This document shows, piece after piece, positions 1 through 7,282 of a stretch of DNA of 64,000 nucleotides (its first letter is position 1; every line of letters begins with the position of its first letter). The translations under genes were made by a program, and so were the position numbers. The notes beneath the pieces were generated by a model. That model worked only from the letters and a program-made list of their open reading frames with translations, was not told where the DNA came from and ran no database searches. This stretch comes from a virus: the IMG/VR virus record IMGVR_UViG_3300036944_000898, positions 1-64,000 of that record; one strand, 5' to 3'.

Positions 1-1
1 G

Positions 2-397
2 TTTCACTATAATAAAATATCAATAGTAAAATGCGATGTTCAAAATAAATCTGTTATCAACAATAAATCTTTAGATTTATATGCAACCAAAATCATCTTA
101 ACAACAGACCAAGACTTAATCAAAGATAGTGTACAAGATATTCCTGATGAGTTTTTAGAATGGTTTGTTAAAAACCCAAGTTGTGAAGAGGTTAGGACTA
201 AAAGAATATTTGGTATGGGTAGAGTTTATAGTGCTTACGAAATTATCATTCCAAAAGAAGATTTATTTACAGCTACAGGACTTAAAGCATTAGGCATTAC
301 AAAAGAAGAACCTAAAAAAAAGTTTATGTTATGGAAGAAGGTTATTTGGTTTCAAAAGAAGAACCTAAACAAGAAACTTTTGAAGAAGCTGAATTAA
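2..397 (+). CDS. hypothetical protein, N-terminus outside window (0-frame reading)
   Basis: This frame is open from the window edge to TAA at 395-397. Sequence before the A8 run looks protein-like (..PDEFLEWFVKNPSCEEV..GLKALGITKEEPKK). The last 25 codons (FMLWKKVIWFQKKNLNKKLLKKLN) look like out-of-frame AT-rich read-through. Confidence 0.5.
   Translation, partial: FHYNKISIVKCDVQNKSVINNKSLDLYATKIILTTDQDLIKDSVQDIPDEFLEWFVKNPSCEEVRTKRIFGMGRVYSAYEIIIPKEDLFTATGLKALGITKEEPKKKFMLWKKVIWFQKKNLNKKLLKKLN
300..369 (+). repeat. 17-nt direct repeat CAAAAGAAGAACCTAAA (300-316 and 353-369)
   Basis: Exact copies 53 nt apart (54 minus 1). The first reads KEEPK in the upstream ORF frame; the second reads KEEPK only in the -1 frame (ORF 331..603). 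Confidence 0.9.
316..322 (+). other. candidate -1 ribosomal frameshift heptamer A_AAA_AAG (or homopolymer indel)
   Basis: 0-frame codons are cct aaa aaa aag, so 316-322 is A AAA AAG in the X_XXY_YYZ register, the same heptamer as E. coli dnaX. The -1 frame is open from 316 to 603. Confidence 0.35.
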
Positions 398-603
398 AGA
401 CATTATTAAAAGAAGCTACTAATCAAACTACTTGTGCTTCTGAAAGAATGGGTTTTATAAATGGTGCTAAATGGCAACAAGAAAGAATGTATAGTGAGGA
501 AGAACTATTAGAATTTGCTAATTGGTGTAGAATACAAGATAATAAATATCCTAATTGCTGTAGAACTATACAACAATTATTTACACAATTTAAAAAGAAA
601 TAA
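331..603 (+). CDS. hypothetical protein, or the -1-frame C-terminal part of the upstream ORF
   Basis: 90-aa ORF with plausible composition (..EEELLEFANWCRIQDNKYPNCC..). It overlaps the upstream 0-frame tail by 67 nt. Confidence 0.65.
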   Translation: MEEGYLVSKEEPKQETFEEAELKTLLKEATNQTTCASERMGFINGAKWQQERMYSEEELLEFANWCRIQDNKYPNCCRTIQQLFTQFKKK

Positions 604-604
604 A

Positions 605-994
605 ATGAAACAAGAGTTTATACCCTACGAACAAGCATTAGCTTTAAAAGAATTAGGATTTGATGAACCTTGTTGTCAAGCATATCATACAAATGGAGAA
701 AATGAACTTAGTGCTTTCTATTCAAATCCAAATATAGTAGATGAATGGTTAAAAAAATTACCACTAATCAAAGCACCACTTTATCAACAAGCATTTAGAT
801 GGTTTAGAGAGAAGTATGGGTTATTTGGATATGTGTTTGATAGAGAAAGAGGTAATTATTATTGGGGAATTTCCAAATTATTCTCAGGTGAAACTGAAGA
901 AGATTCTTCTGAAGGACCTTTTGATGATTCATACGAAGAAGCAGAACTTGCTTGTCTTGATAAATTAATAGAAATAGTAAAAAATAAAAAATGA
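605..994 (+). CDS. hypothetical protein
   Basis: ATG at 605 lies 1 nt after the upstream stop. The track start at 515 would overlap the previous gene by 89 nt. The stop overlaps the next start (ATGA at 991-994). Confidence 0.75.
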   Translation: MKQEFIPYEQALALKELGFDEPCCQAYHTNGENELSAFYSNPNIVDEWLKKLPLIKAPLYQQAFRWFREKYGLFGYVFDRERGNYYWGISKLFSGETEEDSSEGPFDDSYEEAELACLDKLIEIVKNKK

Positions 995-1386
995 AAAAAA
1001 CATTAATAGCAGTATACGGAAGCCTCAGAAAAGAAATGGGTAATGATGATTTATTATCAACTTCTGAATATTTAGGAGATTTTGAAACTAAACCTGAATT
1101 TAGTCTTTATAGTTTAGGGTTTTATCCAGGACTTAAAACAGGTGGTAAAACTTCTGTTACAATGGAAGTATATGAAGTAGATGAAAAAACTGCTGAAAGA
1201 GTTGATAGATTAGAAAGATATACTCCTGGTGGTAATAATACATTTTATGATAAAATACCTATTGAAACACCTTATGGTGAAGCAAGTGTTTATATTTATG
1301 TAAATGATATACCAAAAGAAAAATTAGTAGAATCTGGTGATTGGAAAGCTTTTAAACAAAGTTATTTTACACCAACAATGAATTAA
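991..1386 (+). CDS. gamma-glutamylcyclotransferase-like (AIG2/GGACT fold) protein
   Basis: N-terminal AVYGSLRKEMGN (YGSL motif) and EVYEVDEKTAERVDRLE block; ~130 aa, the typical family size. Confidence 0.6.
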   Translation: MKKTLIAVYGSLRKEMGNDDLLSTSEYLGDFETKPEFSLYSLGFYPGLKTGGKTSVTMEVYEVDEKTAERVDRLERYTPGGNNTFYDKIPIETPYGEASVYIYVNDIPKEKLVESGDWKAFKQSYFTPTMN

Positions 1387-1395
1387 AAAAATTAA

Positions 1396-1980
1396 ATGAT
1401 AGAAAATTCTTATATACTTGATTTTCAAGTATTAAAAGAACAGAATATTTCTATTAATGAATTTCTAGGTTTAATACATTTGTATGAAAACTTAGGAACA
1501 GAATCTAATATATTAGATTCCTTACAACAAAAACAATTTATAAAACTAAACGAACAAGAAATAATTATTCGTGAAAAAGGTAATCTATTAATAGAGTTAT
1601 TATTAATAGAAAAAGTAAATTCTGTTAAAAATAAAAAAGAAATAAAAAAATCAGAACGACTTGTTAATAGTGAGTTAAATGGATTTATTGAAGAATTTAG
1701 AGATAAATGGAAAGGTTTAAAACCTGGAAGCATGGGTAGTTTAAGTACTTGTAAAGAGAAAATGAAAAGATGGATGCAAGAAAATCCTACATATTCACCA
1801 CAACAAATACTTAAAGCAGCGGACATATACATAAATTCTTTAAATAGTTTAACTTATTTACAACAAGCTGATTATTTTATTTATAAAAAAGATAGTAAAG
1901 AAGAAAGTTCAAGATTAAGTGCTTTTATTGATGAAATAGATACAAAAGTAACTGATAATTGGACTAGCACTTTAAAATAA
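1396..1980 (+). CDS. hypothetical protein
   Basis: 194-aa ORF in the co-directional operon; no motif recognised. Confidence 0.8.
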   Translation: MIENSYILDFQVLKEQNISINEFLGLIHLYENLGTESNILDSLQQKQFIKLNEQEIIIREKGNLLIELLLIEKVNSVKNKKEIKKSERLVNSELNGFIEEFRDKWKGLKPGSMGSLSTCKEKMKRWMQENPTYSPQQILKAADIYINSLNSLTYLQQADYFIYKKDSKEESSRLSAFIDEIDTKVTDNWTSTLK

Positions 1981-1984
1981 ATTT

Positions 1985-2161
1985 ATGACAGAACAAAATA
2001 GTTTATATGATAGAGTGTTTAACACTTTAGTAGAACGACGTGAAAGAATCCTTTCAGGTAAAATAAATTGTATTCCTTGGGGATTACCTAGATTTGAAGA
2101 AGAAAATCCAGGTATAGAACAAGGTAAATATTATAATGTTACTGCAAATAGTAAAGTGGGT
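1985..2161 (+). CDS. replicative DNA helicase (DnaB-like RecA core), exon 1
   Basis: ..CIPWGLPRFEEENPGIEQGKYYNVTANSKVG stops half-way through a P-loop. The track ORF runs 6 more codons to a stop at 2177-2179 that lies inside intron P2. Confidence 0.75.
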
Positions 2162-2214
2162 AATGTTTTGCCCAGCTAAATAGTAATATTTAGATGTAAA
2201 AATAGTAATTTTAC
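2157..2214 (+). ncRNA. intron P1 / guide sequence, P2 and a further hairpin
   Basis: P2 is 2176-2182 CTAAATA with 2187-2193 TATTTAG, capped by a GTAA (GNRA) tetraloop. A second hairpin is 2196-2201 GTAAAA with 2209-2214 TTTTAC. Confidence 0.7.
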
Positions 2215-2238
2215 AAATTAGAAAAAATTAAAAAAAAA

Positions 2239-2667
2239 ATGAACCAAAATAATCAAGAAGTTATTTATGTTTCTTTAAATGATGTACCTCAAACAACTAA
2301 TAGAAAACAATTTGTTAGATATTTTTTAAGAGGTAAAGCTTACATTACTTATTCAGATGAAGCTTGTACACAAATACAATGTAAATCAACAGCTAATAGA
2401 AGTATTACAGATTTACATAAAATAGTAATGTCTAGATTTCCAAAAACATCTTTTGAAGGTGTTGTTAAAATTGTTAAACAATTTATGGAAGAAGATAAAT
2501 CTGTTATTTTAATATGGTGTACACAAATTAACAAACCTGTAATTAGGTTTATTAATAACAAAACAGCAAGTTGGATAAGTAATCATAGTAAAAGTAATTA
2601 TTATACTAAAAAAGGTGTAGATGGTTATTCTTTAAAAGATTATGAAGAAATGATGAATAAATTATGA
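2239..2667 (+). CDS. intron-encoded ORF A1, unknown function (paralog of 4160..4618)
   Basis: 142-aa ORF between P2.x and P3. It shares QCK..NRS..D....V....P and later ISN / KKG blocks with ORF A2. Confidence 0.7.
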   Translation: MNQNNQEVIYVSLNDVPQTTNRKQFVRYFLRGKAYITYSDEACTQIQCKSTANRSITDLHKIVMSRFPKTSFEGVVKIVKQFMEEDKSVILIWCTQINKPVIRFINNKTASWISNHSKSNYYTKKGVDGYSLKDYEEMMNKL

Positions 2668-2685
2668 AAAAAAATTATTATTAAA

Positions 2686-2711
2686 TCGGATGAAAACGGT
2701 GAAAATCTATT
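2686..2711 (+). ncRNA. intron core 5' strands of P3, P4, P5
   Basis: TCGGATG 2686-2692 pairs with CGTCCGA 3465-3471 (P3). ACGGT 2696-2700 pairs with ACCGT 3398-3402 (P4). TCTATT 2706-2711 pairs with AATAGA 3388-3393 (P5). Confidence 0.7.
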
Positions 2712-2717
2712 AAAAAA

Positions 2718-3392
2718 ATGAACAAATATTTAACAAAATTAAAAAATAATAACAAAAATTACAGTGAAAACACTTTAAATGTTAGATATAACATTGAAAG
2801 TTATGGTTGTGGTGATGGTTATAAAAGTGGTTTAAAACATCGATTTTATTCAAAAGATAAATTAGATGTAATATTATTAATTGATATTATTAGAAGATTT
2901 AGATTAGGTACAGTTATTACAAATATAACTGAAAATAGTTTTAAATTTGAAAATACAACAGAAAGAAAACAAATATTTTGTTTTAGAATTTGTAGATTTG
3001 TTAGAACAACTAATATTAGAAAAATATTAGAAAATATTATTTTAATTAATAAATCTGGTGTTAGAATTCAAAATGCTTTTATATTAGGTCATTATTATAC
3101 TCATGTTGATAGTTTACATAATAATATTCCTTATTATTATGGATCAAGAGATATATTATACTGTCCAAGAACAAATAGTTCTGGTAAAGAATTTAATAGT
3201 TTAAACAAACCATATAAAACATTAAAAGAATGTATTTCCAATATTGATTTAGAGGGAATGCCTTATTCTAGTATTTTTCAAGCTTCTACAGTTGATCTTA
3301 TTGAAGAAAAAACAGAATTATTTAATATCTTAAAAACTAAAGATTTTAAAAAAGCTGAAAAATATTTGTTAAAACTTTGGTACTTAAAATAG
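2718..3392 (+). CDS. intron-encoded ORF B in the P5 loop, unknown function
   Basis: 224-aa ORF bounded by the two P5 strands; its TAG stop (3390-3392) lies inside P5'. Only a weak GDG / ..DKLDVILLIDIIRRFRLG.. resemblance to LAGLIDADG enzymes. Confidence 0.7.
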   Translation: MNKYLTKLKNNNKNYSENTLNVRYNIESYGCGDGYKSGLKHRFYSKDKLDVILLIDIIRRFRLGTVITNITENSFKFENTTERKQIFCFRICRFVRTTNIRKILENIILINKSGVRIQNAFILGHYYTHVDSLHNNIPYYYGSRDILYCPRTNSSGKEFNSLNKPYKTLKECISNIDLEGMPYSSIFQASTVDLIEEKTELFNILKTKDFKKAEKYLLKLWYLK

Positions 3393-3497
3393 ACAATACC
3401 GTGCCAAGCTTCAGGGAAGACTGATGAAGGTGTAACGACTAAGGACATTACGATGAGCCTACAGCGTCCGACATCCTTATAGGATGATGAGATAGTC
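3388..3497 (+). ncRNA. intron catalytic core (P5'-P4'-P6-P7-P3'-P8-P7')
   Basis: Visibly GC-richer than its flanks. P7 is GACTA 3437-3441 with TAGTC 3493-3497. P8 is CATCC 3472-3476 with GGATG 3482-3486. The strings GACAATACCGTGC, TAACGACTA and GAGATAGTC resemble the T4 td intron core as I recall it. Confidence 0.7.
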
Positions 3498-3533
3498 TAG
3501 ACTATAAATATAAAATATTAAATTTAGAAAAAA

Positions 3534-4133
3534 ATGAACAAAATTTGCAGAAACGCTAAAAATTATAAATTAACAGAAGGTCAAGAATACGAGATACTTC
3601 AAGAAGAAAATGGTTACGTAAGAATTATTAATGATTCAGGTAAAAACGTAAGATACGATGCTTCATTATTTGAAGACGTATTTATACCACCACCACCTCC
3701 TGCTAGAACAGAACAAGATTGCATTAATTCAATTACATACGATGGAACTACATTAAGATACATTAATATTAATGAAATACATAGACAGATAAGTGTTAAT
3801 TTAACATTAATTCAAAATAGTGGTTTTTCATGTGGTATTAATAGAATGGAAGGTATTAATACACTTTGTAGTAGAATTGAAAATCAAGATTTTGTAAATA
3901 CAGATGATGATGATTTTATTGAATTAAAAAAAGCATTATTTACTAAAGTATTTACTTATTTTACAACAAGCGAGGCTTCTAGAGGTATGTGGATGTGTTC
4001 TACTAATGAAGATGATAATTATGAAGATTATCAAACATTGTTAGATACATTATCAACACATAATAGTGGATGGTTTTTAAATCCTAATTCAGGTAACCAA
4101 ATTAAACTTTGGTATGGTATTATAAACCAATAA
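3534..4133 (+). CDS. intron-encoded ORF C, unknown function
   Basis: 199-aa ORF downstream of P7'. It has an N-terminal small beta-rich-looking segment, a PPPPP linker and an acidic C-terminal half; no nuclease motif recognised. Confidence 0.7.
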   Translation: MNKICRNAKNYKLTEGQEYEILQEENGYVRIINDSGKNVRYDASLFEDVFIPPPPPARTEQDCINSITYDGTTLRYININEIHRQISVNLTLIQNSGFSCGINRMEGINTLCSRIENQDFVNTDDDDFIELKKALFTKVFTYFTTSEASRGMWMCSTNEDDNYEDYQTLLDTLSTHNSGWFLNPNSGNQIKLWYGIINQ

Positions 4134-4159
4134 TAAATTTAATTATTAAATTATAGAGA

Positions 4160-4618
4160 ATGAAATTATACGTAGAAACAGAAAAGATTAAAGGAGAGAG
4201 AATAACTACGTTTTTAAAAAAATGCTACAATTTATATCCAAACTCTTATAATATTGTTTTTACAAGAACTTATTTTGATAAATTATTTCAAAATAAGCAA
4301 TGTAAAAAGGGTAATAGAAGTTTTGAAGATATATATGCTGTTATTAAAACATATTATCCAAACTGTACTAAAAAACACTTTGCTAATCAATTAGAAAAAA
4401 TAATTAAAAATTCTAATATAAAATTTTTATTTTGTCCAGATATTCAAAAATGGGTATTAATGAATACTTATCAAGGATCATCAATTAGTAATTATAAATA
4501 TTTATATGATTATAATTCTAGTAGATTAAAACTAAATAAAAAAGGTCAAGGTGAATATACTTATTTTGATATTATGTCATTAATGGGTTATTCTAAAATA
4601 CAATGTAAGATACAATAG
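4160..4618 (+). CDS. intron-encoded ORF A2, unknown function (paralog of 2239..2667)
   Basis: 152-aa ORF ending 9 nt before the 3' splice site. Confidence 0.7.
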   Translation: MKLYVETEKIKGERITTFLKKCYNLYPNSYNIVFTRTYFDKLFQNKQCKKGNRSFEDIYAVIKTYYPNCTKKHFANQLEKIIKNSNIKFLFCPDIQKWVLMNTYQGSSISNYKYLYDYNSSRLKLNKKGQGEYTYFDIMSLMGYSKIQCKIQ

Positions 4619-4627
4619 TTTCATACG

Positions 4628-5569
4628 AAAACACAATTTGCAGATTGGGGATTTGTATATAACCCAATACAACAAGTAATAGACAATAATTTAGATATTA
4701 AATTAAAAATTTTTTATTTTACTTTAGAAATGTCTAAAGAAGAAAAAATGTTATCAGTATTCTCTAATATTTTATATATTAAGGAAGGTATTAGATTGAG
4801 TCCAACTCAATTAAAAAGTACAAAAGCAGATAATGTTTTATCTCAAGAACATTTAGATATTATAGAAAAATATCAAGAATATTTTAATAAAATTGAAGAA
4901 ATTGTTGAATTTATTGATGACGTAAGAAATCCTTACGGAATATACAATTTAGTACGAAAGTATGCATTAGCTAATGGTAAAGTTCATTACAGAACTATTA
5001 ACATTGAAGGTAAAGCAATAGAAGTTGAAGATTATTATGAACCTAATAATCCTGAAGAATATGTAATTGTAATGATAGATCATATTGGACTCATTAGTCC
5101 TGAAAAAAATTATGATACAGGAATACCTATGACATTACATGAATCAATAGGAAAATTAAGTTCAGATTATTTAATTAAACTTCGTAATAGATTCAAATAT
5201 ATACCTGTCGTTATACAACAACAAGCTGCTGCTCAAGAATCTCTTGAAAATAAAAAATATAACAAATTAAAACCAACATTAGATGGTCTAGCTGGAAACA
5301 AAGAAACTCAACGTGATGCCAATGTTGTTGTTGGTTTATTTAGTCCATTTAGACATGAAATACCAGAGTATTTAGGTTATGATGTTACATTTTTTAAAGA
5401 TAATATTAGATTTCTTGAAATCTTAGGAGGACGAGAAGGCGGTGGTGGAACTATTTGTCCATTATATTTTGATGGTGCAGTAAATTATTTTAAAGAACTA
5501 CCTTTACCAAATGATGGTGAAAAATTACATAAAGTATGTAATTTTATAAAAAGTATTAGAAAAAAATAA
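4628..5569 (+). CDS. replicative DNA helicase (DnaB-like RecA core), exon 2
   Basis: The frame is open from 4619. KTQFADWGFVYNP..IFYFTLEMSKEEKM continues exon 1 to give ANSKVGKT (Walker A) plus the DnaB-type (S/T)LEMS motif. Also YVIVMIDHIGLI (Walker B-like). The track starts it at internal Met 4730. Confidence 0.8.
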   Translation, partial: KTQFADWGFVYNPIQQVIDNNLDIKLKIFYFTLEMSKEEKMLSVFSNILYIKEGIRLSPTQLKSTKADNVLSQEHLDIIEKYQEYFNKIEEIVEFIDDVRNPYGIYNLVRKYALANGKVHYRTINIEGKAIEVEDYYEPNNPEEYVIVMIDHIGLISPEKNYDTGIPMTLHESIGKLSSDYLIKLRNRFKYIPVVIQQQAAAQESLENKKYNKLKPTLDGLAGNKETQRDANVVVGLFSPFRHEIPEYLGYDVTFFKDNIRFLEILGGREGGGGTICPLYFDGAVNYFKELPLPNDGEKLHKVCNFIKSIRKK

Positions 5570-5605
5570 TTTAATAGTGGTGGTATATGGACGGAAGACA
5601 AATGT

Positions 5606-6370
5606 ATGATTGAATTACCTACACAAAAAACTAAAGCATCTAGAGTAAATCCTAAAAAAATTATTCTATTTTCAAATCCTAAATCAGGTAAAACTACAGC
5701 AGTGGCTGCTTTGGAAAATAACCTTATTTTAGATTTAGAAAATGGTTCTGAATTTTTAGATGCTTTAAAAATAAATGTGTTACAACTCGCAAGAGATAAC
5801 AACAAAACACCTTTAACAGTGTTAAAAGAAATAATTAATACTATAAGAGAATCCAATGAAAAAAAAGGAGGTTATACTTATAAGTTTATCACTTTAGATA
5901 CTGTGTCCGCATTAGAAGATATTGCATTAGAATTAGCAAATATATTGTATCGTAAAACACCAATGGGAAGAAATTGGACTGGAGAAGACGTAACAAAGCT
6001 ACCAAATGGAGCTGGTTATCAATATCTTAGAGAAGCAATGGATGTTATTTTAAATGAAATAGAACCTTTGTGTGATACCTTAATTATTTTAGGACACCTT
6101 AAAGCTAAATTTGTTGAAAAAGAAGGAAAAGAAATGGAATCTAGAGGATTAGCATTAACTGGTAAAATAGCATCTATACTATGTTCTCAGGTAGACGCAA
6201 TAGGTTATGTTTATCGTGAAGATAACAAAACTTTAGTAAACTTTGCTCCTTCAGAATCTTTAATTGTAGGATCTAGACCTGATCATTTGAAGAATCAAAC
6301 TATAACATTAATTGAATCTGATAAGGATGGTAAATTAACCATTGATTGGAGTAAGATTTTTATAGAATAA
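5606..6370 (+). CDS. Sak4-like / AAA_24-type RecA-fold ATPase
   Basis: N-terminal Walker A FSNPKSGKTT, Walker B-like FITLDTVSALE, ~250 aa, followed by an SSB-like gene. Confidence 0.55.
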   Translation: MIELPTQKTKASRVNPKKIILFSNPKSGKTTAVAALENNLILDLENGSEFLDALKINVLQLARDNNKTPLTVLKEIINTIRESNEKKGGYTYKFITLDTVSALEDIALELANILYRKTPMGRNWTGEDVTKLPNGAGYQYLREAMDVILNEIEPLCDTLIILGHLKAKFVEKEGKEMESRGLALTGKIASILCSQVDAIGYVYREDNKTLVNFAPSESLIVGSRPDHLKNQTITLIESDKDGKLTIDWSKIFIE

Positions 6371-6398
6371 TAGTTACTTGGTCGTAACAAACAGTTAA

Positions 6399-6425
6399 GA
6401 GGTTCTGTAAAAACCTCATTTTTTA
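6399..6425 (+). terminator. intrinsic terminator
   Basis: GAGGTT 6399-6404 with AACCTC 6412-6417, followed by a T-run. Confidence 0.6.
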
Positions 6426-6458
6426 TATAAGCCAAAATAATTTTAAAATAAAGAATAT

Positions 6459-7025
6459 ATGAGTTTTAACTTAAATGATAAGAGTTTTGATGGAAGTGTT
6501 GCAATTTTCAATAATGGAATTGCAGGAAAAGTTAATGACGTAAAAGTTACTGTAATTAAAAAAACAGCAGTAGATCCAGATAATGCACCTGATTATAAGG
6601 TAGTATTTTCTGATCAAATTGGAGATGTAAATGTAGGATTTTATTATCCTGTTGCAAATCCTTTATTTGATGAAAAAAGAAATAAAGATTTAGAAGGATG
6701 GACAATTGGTAGAATTTTATCAATTGCTAAATCTGTATTACCAAAAGATTTTGTTTTTGAAAATAAAGATACAGCTAAAGAAGTAGTTGATTATTTATTT
6801 TCTTTAATTAGACAAAATTCTGAAGGTAAAACAGTTAATGTGTTTGTTACTTATGGTACTACACAAAAAGCTTCTAAATATTTAGGACTTAGATATTTTG
6901 ATTTTGTTGAATCTTCTGATACAACAGTTTCAAGATTAGCTAAAAAACCAACAGATTTAATGGAAAGAGTTGAAGCAGATGCTCAAACAACTGATTCAGC
7001 TTCAACTCCAAAAACTGATTGGTAA
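6459..7025 (+). CDS. putative ssDNA-binding protein
   Basis: 188-aa ORF next to the Sak4-like ATPase. The flexible-looking C-terminal tail ends ..DSASTPKTDW. Assignment rests on context only. Confidence 0.35.
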   Translation: MSFNLNDKSFDGSVAIFNNGIAGKVNDVKVTVIKKTAVDPDNAPDYKVVFSDQIGDVNVGFYYPVANPLFDEKRNKDLEGWTIGRILSIAKSVLPKDFVFENKDTAKEVVDYLFSLIRQNSEGKTVNVFVTYGTTQKASKYLGLRYFDFVESSDTTVSRLAKKPTDLMERVEADAQTTDSASTPKTDW

Positions 7026-7059
7026 TAAATAAAATGTTAGTATAATTCGTAAGAACTAC

Positions 7060-7282
7060 TGAACGGTTAAAGGGTGTGTTAATAATAAAGAAATTAATAA
7101 GGTAAAGAGTATTAACACTAGTCCCTAAGCGGTTTATTTATAACATAAATAAAATGTGTTGTTCCCTTGAGAAAGGAATACGAGTTGCAATATAAAAGTG
7201 TGTACGAAAATAGTAAGGACAGCACTATGTAATAATTGTTTATACTGGTTACTAACAACACAAATGAGTTCTCAACATCGGT
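7060..7282 (+). ncRNA. candidate structured RNA of unknown class
   Basis: Non-coding and GC-richer than its surroundings. Long complementary pairs: 7076-7083 GTGTTAAT with 7111-7118 ATTAACAC; 7133-7141 with 7145-7153 (9 bp); 7156-7163 GTGTTGTT with 7254-7261 AACAACAC. Confidence 0.35.

Larger units (their letters stand above)
2162..4627 (+). mobile_element. group I intron (td-like, IA-type architecture), 2466 nt, containing four ORFs
   Basis: The 5' splice site follows T2161 and the last intron nt is G4627. P1 is 2157-2161 TGGGT with 2170-2174 GCCCA (U.G at the splice site). P10 is 2164-2169 TGTTTT with 4628-4633 AAAACA. Core helices are listed in the ncRNA features. Confidence 0.8.

Noticed and set aside
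215-397. ORF 215..397 as an independent 60-aa gene
   Set aside because: Its Met is internal to a frame that is open from the window edge, so it is the tail of a longer, truncated gene.
515-604. Upstream extension of ORF 605..994 to the ATG at 515
   Set aside because: It would overlap ORF 331..603 by 89 nt. ATG 605 sits 1 nt after that stop, as is usual in this genome.
2718-3392. Calling ORF B a LAGLIDADG homing endonuclease
   Set aside because: Only a GDG tripeptide and a vaguely similar hydrophobic helix are present. The first acidic residue of the motif is Cys, and no convincing second motif was found.
2162-4627. Intein or simple split-gene explanation for the interrupted helicase
   Set aside because: The exon-1 frame hits a stop 6 codons after the junction, and the interval holds four ORFs in different frames, so no continuous intein frame exists. 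The break falls between the Gly and Lys of GKT, and full P1/P10/core pairings are present, which favours RNA splicing.
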